From assembly GCA_016875795.1 (NCBI GenBank), contig VGOU01000002.1:1-39894 (forward strand): a DNA stretch of 39,894 bases, written 5' to 3'. The translations under genes were made by a program, and so were the position numbers. The first letter of the stretch is position 1, and the number at the start of each line of letters is the position of its first letter. Below the pieces are notes generated by a model. That model saw nothing but the letters and a program-made list of their open reading frames with translations, was not told the DNA's origin and did no database searches. Shown here piece after piece: positions 35,265 through 39,894 of this stretch. This DNA is from Chloroflexota bacterium. Lineage in GTDB: Bacteria; Chloroflexota; Limnocylindria; P2-11E.

Positions 35265-36067
35265 GGAGCGATGCGCGCCCGCGCCGCGTCCAGGAGGACC
35301 ATCGAAGCGTTCGCCATCACGAGCAGGACCAGAAGCACGGCGAACGTCGTGGCCAGGTCGAACTGCGACGCGGCGCGCAGGATCATGAGGCCGAGACCGG
35401 CGGAGCTGCCGATGAACTCGCCGATCACGATCCCGATAAGTCCGCGCCCGATGCCGAGCCGCAGCCCAGTGATCGTGTACGGCAGCGTGAAGGGCAGCAC
35501 GACCTTCCGGTACAGGTCGAGCCGCGAGGCGCCGAAGACGCGGCCGGCGCGGAGCAGTGTCTGATCGACGTTCTGCCCTCCGACCATGACGTTGACGAGG
35601 ATCGGGAAGACGGCCATGAGGGCGACCATCGCGATCTTCGACTCGGCGCCGAAGCCGAGCCAGAGCACGAGCAGCGGCGCGATCGCGACGCGGGGCGTCG
35701 AGTAGAAGGTCCAAACGAAGGGCGACAAGGCGAGCGACAGCCGCGGGCTGGTGCCCATGGTCAGGCCGATCGCGATGCCGACGACCGCGGCGATCGCGTA
35801 TCCGATGACGAAGTTCCGGACGCTGAACGCGATGTTCTCCCCAAGAACGCCGGAAGAGGTGATGGCCTTGAACGCGCTCCCGATGGCGCTCGGCGGAGGG
35901 AAGAACTCCGGATTGGTGAGGCGCAGGACCCCGACGAGGAGCTCCCACAGGACGACGACCGCGACCACCTCGACCGCGAGCGCGAGGTTCCAGCCGAGCT
36001 TCAGCCAGACGCGTCGCGGCCAGGGCGGCGTCGGAAGCGGCCTGAGGTACGGGACCGCCGCGCTCAT
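35240..36067 (-). CDS. ABC transporter permease (NitT/TauT-type)
   Basis: 275 aa from ATG 36067, which overlaps the upstream permease stop as ATGA. It has multiple TM segments. The EAA-loop-like sequence is LLRAGRVFGASRLDLYRKVVLPFTLP. Confidence 0.85.
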   Translation of the reverse strand: MSAAVPYLRPLPTPPWPRRVWLKLGWNLALAVEVVAVVVLWELLVGVLRLTNPEFFPPPSAIGSAFKAITSSGVLGENIAFSVRNFVIGYAIAAVVGIAIGLTMGTSPRLSLALSPFVWTFYSTPRVAIAPLLVLWLGFGAESKIAMVALMAVFPILVNVMVGGQNVDQTLLRAGRVFGASRLDLYRKVVLPFTLPYTITGLRLGIGRGLIGIVIGEFIGSSAGLGLMILRAASQFDLATTFAVLLVLLVMANASMVLLDAARARIAPWYRETTF

Positions 36068-36909
36068 GCGGAACTCGACCGCGTCCGCCAGACGGAGACA
36101 TGGCGCTCCAGCAGGCCGACCGCGCGTACGCCCGTGACCGAGATCGCCACGAGGAGCGCGATCGTCGCGAACGCTTCCTCCACCCGGAAGCGACTGCTCG
36201 CGATCGCGACGAGCGCTCCGAAGCCACGCGAGGAGCCGACGAGCTCGGCGACGAGCAGCCCGATGAATCCCGAGATGACCGCCAGCCGCAGGCCGGTGAG
36301 GACGAACGGCACCGCAGATGGAAGCACGACCTTCCACCAGAGCTGCACGCGGCCGCCGCCGAACACGCGTCCGGCCCGCAGCAGCGCGGGGTCGACGGTC
36401 CGGACGCCGCTCATCGTGTTCAGCAGGACCGGCAGGAGCGAGGCGAGGAAGACGAGGAAGATGATCGGCTCGGCCCCGAAGCCGAACCAGATGGTCGTCG
36501 CGGGCCGGATCGAGATCCACGGCATCGCGTAGAGGGACCAGGCGACCGGCCCGAGGAGCCGGCCGAGGGCATATGACGAGCCGATCGCGAGCCCGGCGGT
36601 GATGCCGACCACCGCAGCGAGCACGTAGCCGGTGGCGAAGTTCCGCAAGCTATACGGGATGTGATCGGCGAACACCCCCCTCGAGAGGAGATCCGCAAAG
36701 GCCGCCCCGATGGCGCTCGGCGGCGGGAAGAAGATCGGCTCGACGAGCCGGAGGCTCCCGACGGCGATCTCCCAGACGAGCAGCGCGAGGACGACCTCGC
36801 CGATGACGACGCCGACCTGCGTGAGCGTGCGCCGCCGACGAGCCCGGAGCGTCGAGGCCCGCGCGGGCAGCCGCGCCGGCGGCGCGAGGATCTCTTCGCC
36901 GACCGCCAC
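36064..36909 (-). CDS. ABC transporter permease (NitT/TauT-type), paralog
   Basis: The GTG at 36909 shares 1 nt with the ATPase stop. ...LLRAGRVFGGGRVQLWWKVVLPSAVP... The exact start is uncertain. Confidence 0.8.
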   Translation of the reverse strand: MAVGEEILAPPARLPARASTLRARRRRTLTQVGVVIGEVVLALLVWEIAVGSLRLVEPIFFPPPSAIGAAFADLLSRGVFADHIPYSLRNFATGYVLAAVVGITAGLAIGSSYALGRLLGPVAWSLYAMPWISIRPATTIWFGFGAEPIIFLVFLASLLPVLLNTMSGVRTVDPALLRAGRVFGGGRVQLWWKVVLPSAVPFVLTGLRLAVISGFIGLLVAELVGSSRGFGALVAIASSRFRVEEAFATIALLVAISVTGVRAVGLLERHVSVWRTRSSSA

Positions 36910-37712
36910 TAGGCCGCCCCGTCGGCGTGCGCCTGGTGCGCGTGCACGACCGCTTCGTCCCGCAGCAGCGTCCACACCCGCTCGCGGAGGCGTGCGAAGC
37001 CGGGATGCGATTTCACGTCGTACTCGCGTCGCGGACGCGGAAGGTCGACCTCGATGATCTCCTTGATCCGGCCGGGTCGCGCCGTCGCCACGACGATGCG
37101 GTCCCCGAGTGCGATCGCCTCGTCGATGCTGTGCGTGATGAAGAAGACCGTGCGCCTGGTCGCGGCGATGATGCCCTCCAGCTCACCTTGCATGACCTCG
37201 CGGGTCATCGCGTCGAGCGCGGCGAACGGCTCATCCATGAGCAGGACCTTCGGGCGGGCGATCAGCGCGCGGGCGAGTCCGACGCGCTGCCGCATCCCTC
37301 CGCTCAGCTCGTGCGGGTACGAGCGCTCGAACCCTCGGAGCCCGACGAGATCGATGACCTGCTGGATCTCGTCGTCGCTGACGGTGAGGTCGCGCTGCAT
37401 CTCGACGCCGAAGCGGATGTTCCCCCAGGTCGTGCGCCAGGGCAGGAGCGCGTACTCCTGGAACACGAGGGCGCGGTCGGGGCCGGGCGCACCGACCGGC
37501 CGGTCATCGACGAGGATCCGCCCTTCCGCCGGCGCCACGAGGCCGGCGATGGCGTTGATCAGCGTCGTCTTCCCGCACCCGCTCGGACCGACCATCACGA
37601 CGAACTCGCCGTCCGCGATCCTCAGATCGATGTTCCAGAGCGCGACGAGCCGCTGACGGCGCTCGGCCAGCTCGTATTCGACGGTGAGCCGTTCGATATC
37701 GATCCGCGCCAT
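36909..37712 (-). CDS. ABC transporter ATP-binding protein
   Basis: 267 aa from ATG 37712. Walker A is GPSGCGKTT, the signature is LSGGMRQRV, and Walker B is LLMDEPF. Confidence 0.9.
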   Translation of the reverse strand: MARIDIERLTVEYELAERRQRLVALWNIDLRIADGEFVVMVGPSGCGKTTLINAIAGLVAPAEGRILVDDRPVGAPGPDRALVFQEYALLPWRTTWGNIRFGVEMQRDLTVSDDEIQQVIDLVGLRGFERSYPHELSGGMRQRVGLARALIARPKVLLMDEPFAALDAMTREVMQGELEGIIAATRRTVFFITHSIDEAIALGDRIVVATARPGRIKEIIEVDLPRPRREYDVKSHPGFARLRERVWTLLRDEAVVHAHQAHADGAA

Positions 37713-37840
37713 CCTCGCCCCTCTCGAGTGATCCAGCGTGCGTTCCGTAAACAGTATCCCGGCGCGCGCTAGCTGGTGCGGCCCACGTTCCTGTTGAACA
37801 GCGCGCGCTTGGAGTCGGACTTCATCGGGGCCCCATCCTT

Positions 37841-38611
37841 TCACCGTGAGCAGGCTCGGTCGATGCGCGTAGAAGAGCGAGCCGGGGTGCGTCCCCGGGT
37901 GCGGTAGCCGCGGTGCGGCCGTTCGAGGTTGTAGTGGCGCAGCCAGGCCGCTAGGTCCGCGTCGATGTCGGCGGCCGAGAGGTAGTAGCGGAAGCGGAAC
38001 GCGGTGCGGTAGTGCAGGTGCAGGCACGACCCCTGGAAGCGCTCCACGAAGGCGTTGAGGTCGGGCGATCTGGGCGGGAGCTTGCGGTGCTCGATGCCGA
38101 GCTCGCGGCACTTGGCGCTGAAGGCCTTCCCGAACTCGGGGCCGCCGTCGGTGTTGACCCGGACCAGGCGGATCCTCGCCTCGCGGTAGGCCGACAGGAC
38201 GTCCTCCTCGAGGAAGCGGGCCATGCTCTTGGCGCTCCTGCGCCCGCCGCGGACCCGGGCGAAGCCGAAGCTGCAGGCCCCGTCGACCATCGTGTACTGC
38301 CAGATCGTGCCGACGCCTTTGAGTTCGCCGACGTACATGGTGTCGGCGAACGGCTCCGCGCCCACGGTGTCCGAGCCGATGTGCATGACCCGGGGCCGCT
38401 CGATCGCCCGGACCTCGGCGAGAGTCCGCGCGGTGAGCGGCCTGGGCCGCAGCCCGGCCTCGCCGGGCGCGAGGTAGCGGCGGCGGAGCTGGTAGTAGCG
38501 GGAGCACGAGATGCCCGCCTCGCGGCAGGCCCGCAGGACCGTGACCTCGCCCGAGGAGACGCGGTCGAGCACCCGCTTGCGCAGACGTGCGAGGCTGTCA
38601 CCTGGAGCCAC
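37841..38611 (-). CDS. IS481-like DDE (rve) transposase, apparently internally shortened
   Basis: AAGGAG lies 6 nt before the GTG at 38611. The HTH region is ARLRKRVLDRVSSGEVTVLRACREAGISCSRYYQLRRRYLAPGEAGLRPRP. The DDE candidates are ADTMYVG, NTDGGPEF and NAFVERF. About 70-90 aa usually found between the HTH and the first D seem to be missing. Confidence 0.65.
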   Translation of the reverse strand: MAPGDSLARLRKRVLDRVSSGEVTVLRACREAGISCSRYYQLRRRYLAPGEAGLRPRPLTARTLAEVRAIERPRVMHIGSDTVGAEPFADTMYVGELKGVGTIWQYTMVDGACSFGFARVRGGRRSAKSMARFLEEDVLSAYREARIRLVRVNTDGGPEFGKAFSAKCRELGIEHRKLPPRSPDLNAFVERFQGSCLHLHYRTAFRFRYYLSAADIDADLAAWLRHYNLERPHRGYRTRGRTPARSSTRIDRACSR

Positions 38612-38718
38612 GACGTACTCCTTCCCATCCTCTTGTCGGAAGATGGGGTCAGGATGCGCGTGGCTTCGCTTCTGTGCAGGGAGGGCGGAGCGTCTGCCTC
38701 GAAGGTGGGCTCCACGCG

Positions 38719-38895
38719 AAATCGCGCCTCCTCTTCGAGCGGATGATCGGGCGCGGCACCCGCAAGGGTCTGCGCCACCCGGACAAGTCTCACTTCGTCG
38801 TCTTCGACCGCTTCGACGGAACGCTTCTTGAGTACTTCCGCTCAACGACCGGTGTGACAGCCGAGCCGCCGGAGTCGGACGGCAAGACGATCGTC
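38719..38895 (+). pseudogene. C-terminal fragment of a type I restriction HsdR-like (SF2 helicase) subunit
   Basis: KSRLLFERMIGRGTRKGLRHPDKSHFVVFDRFDGTLLEYFRS contains helicase motif VI (QxxGRGxR-like). It is followed by the K-x-x-F-x-(I/V)-x-D-(F/Y) segment characteristic of HsdR. Everything upstream is replaced by the transposase. Confidence 0.45.
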
Positions 38896-38932
38896 GGACA
38901 CCCCCCTCAGCGAACTGATCGAGGGCTTCCTC

Positions 38933-39823
38933 ATGGCAAAGGAAGCCGAGGGGCGCTCGCCCCGCACCCTGAGTGACTACGGCAAGTACCTGCACGCCTT
39001 CGACCGTTGGCTGGGTGGCTCCGCCGTCGCGGAGCTCACGCCGGTAGCGGTCAGCAGGTACGTCGCCGAGCGACAGCGCGGATCCCGGTATGCCGCTCGC
39101 TACATCTCGGCGGTCCTGAAATCGTTCGCGTCGTGGCTCGCCCTTATGGGGTACGTCGCGACACCGCTCGGCACGTCGGTCCTGGCAGGCGTGCGAACGC
39201 CGCGCGTCGACCGCCGGCGCGAGCCATGCACCGACGACGAGGTCAGGATGATGATCCGGACGCTCAACGCGACCTCGGACCGGACACGGGCCCGCGACAA
39301 GGCCGTCGTGCTGACGCTCCTGGCGACGGGGCTTCGGCTCAACGAGCTACGCGAGCTGCAGGTCGCGGACACGCACATCGAGCGGCCGATCGAACAGAGC
39401 TACGTCTTCGTTCGCGCGGAGACCAGCAAGAGCCGCGAGGCACGGAAGGTCCGCCTCGATCGGCTCGCGGCCCAGGCCGTCCACGAGTACGTCCGCGGCC
39501 TCCGCCCGTTCACGGGCACCGGGGGAGCCCTCTTCCTCACCGAGGGAGGCAAGCCATTCAGCCTCTGCGGCTTCAAGAACTACATGGCCCGCCTGAGGGG
39601 CGCGTTCGAGGCTGCGGGCATCAAGGACTGGATGGCGCACCGCGCCAGGCACTACTGGGCGACCAGCGCCCACCGCACCGGGATGACGGTCTTCGACATC
39701 GCCGCGGAGGGCGGCTGGCGCGATCTCAAGATGGTCCAGCGCTACACGCACGAGCGACCGTTCGAGGAACTGCAGCGACTCCCGACGCCGCTCAGCGCCG
39801 CCCTCGGGCAGAGGGCGGTGTAG
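38933..39823 (+). CDS. Tyrosine-type site-specific recombinase/integrase (XerC/D-like)
   Basis: 296 aa. The catalytic pattern is ATGLRLNEL (R), HRARHYWAT (HxxR) and MVQRYTH (Y). The conserved N-terminal sequence SELIEGFL lies in frame upstream of the ATG with no canonical start, so the 5' end may be damaged. Confidence 0.85.
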   Translation: MAKEAEGRSPRTLSDYGKYLHAFDRWLGGSAVAELTPVAVSRYVAERQRGSRYAARYISAVLKSFASWLALMGYVATPLGTSVLAGVRTPRVDRRREPCTDDEVRMMIRTLNATSDRTRARDKAVVLTLLATGLRLNELRELQVADTHIERPIEQSYVFVRAETSKSREARKVRLDRLAAQAVHEYVRGLRPFTGTGGALFLTEGGKPFSLCGFKNYMARLRGAFEAAGIKDWMAHRARHYWATSAHRTGMTVFDIAAEGGWRDLKMVQRYTHERPFEELQRLPTPLSAALGQRAV

Positions 39824-39842
39824 CAGTCAGCGAACAGTCGAG

Positions 39843-39873
39843 TCAGGTGAGGTCTCCGGGGATCAGGTGAGGT
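39843..39873 (+). repeat. Two perfect 11-bp direct repeats TCAGGTGAGGT spaced exactly 20 bp start to start
   Basis: The copies are at 39843-39853 and 39863-39873, 20 nt after the recombinase stop. GTCAG-like motifs also occur at about 39826-39842. Confidence 0.3.
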
Positions 39874-39894
39874 AGGTCGGACCGGCGGAAGCCC

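Noticed and set aside
34074-36227. Tracked ORFs with very long N-termini: 717 aa at 34074-36227, 532 aa at 36909-38507, 543 aa at 30354-31985, 316 aa at 26889-27839, 426 aa at 35240-36520 and 352 aa at 1286-2344.
   Set aside because: Only the C-terminal parts show family motifs. The upstream parts are Arg-rich run-on that overlaps neighbouring genes. Internal starts with overlap coupling or an RBS give normal-length proteins, so I trimmed them.
37823-38656. Possible imperfect inverted repeats for the IS481-like element: catcggggccccatc at about 37823, against gatggggtcaggatg at about 38642.
   Set aside because: Only a 7-bp core (ccccatc/gatgggg) matches cleanly. That is too weak to define the element ends without a reference copy.
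1-39894. A scan for CRISPR arrays, tRNA or rRNA genes, and long tandem repeats.
   Set aside because: I saw no regularly spaced repeat-spacer pattern, no cloverleaf-like or rRNA-like stretches, and no long non-coding gaps. Nearly the whole window is occupied by protein-coding genes. This was a by-eye scan only.

Overview
This is a very GC-rich bacterial chromosomal window (roughly 70% GC by eye). Real genes show G/C at nearly every third codon position, and long 'mirror' ORFs are common on the antisense strand. All family calls were made by eye from the translated ORFs; no HMM or BLAST search was possible.

Layout:
(A) 1-2602: a partial TolB/PD40-like propeller, a start-less coding remnant, a LigB-type extradiol dioxygenase and a DUF1801 protein.
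(B) 2819-11488, all on the minus strand: DUF488 (5'-truncated), coupled by an ATGA overlap to a dual-OB gene carrying a 1-nt frameshift; then AddB, coupled by a GTGA overlap to the AddA helicase-nuclease; then an orphan BrxA/DUF1819-like gene. This is my best candidate for an undescribed nucleic-acid surveillance or repair module, and it shows signs of decay.
(C) 11505-13300: insertion-sequence debris. It holds an ISL3 transposase N-terminal fragment and a complete ISL3 element with 27-bp inverted repeats.
(D) 13337-22691: a tightly coupled 8-gene operon: hydantoinase/oxoprolinase A and B, two paralogous TPP-dependent E1 alpha/beta pairs, a free-standing 79-aa lipoyl domain and a creatinase-like M24 protein. 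There is no E2 core or E3 gene.
(E) 21855-37712: a GntR/FCD regulator, an MFS transporter and a catabolic island. The island holds two LLM oxidoreductases, FrsA-like and dienelactone hydrolases, DoxX, two amidohydrolases, RidA, a class II aldolase, a NitT/TauT-type ABC transporter and a second creatinase-like M24. A palindromic CGTAT-N5-ATACG motif recurs in its divergent promoter regions.
(F) 37841-39894: a shortened IS481-like transposase, a type I restriction HsdR C-terminal fragment and a tyrosine recombinase followed by phased direct repeats.

I saw no rRNA, tRNA or CRISPR array.
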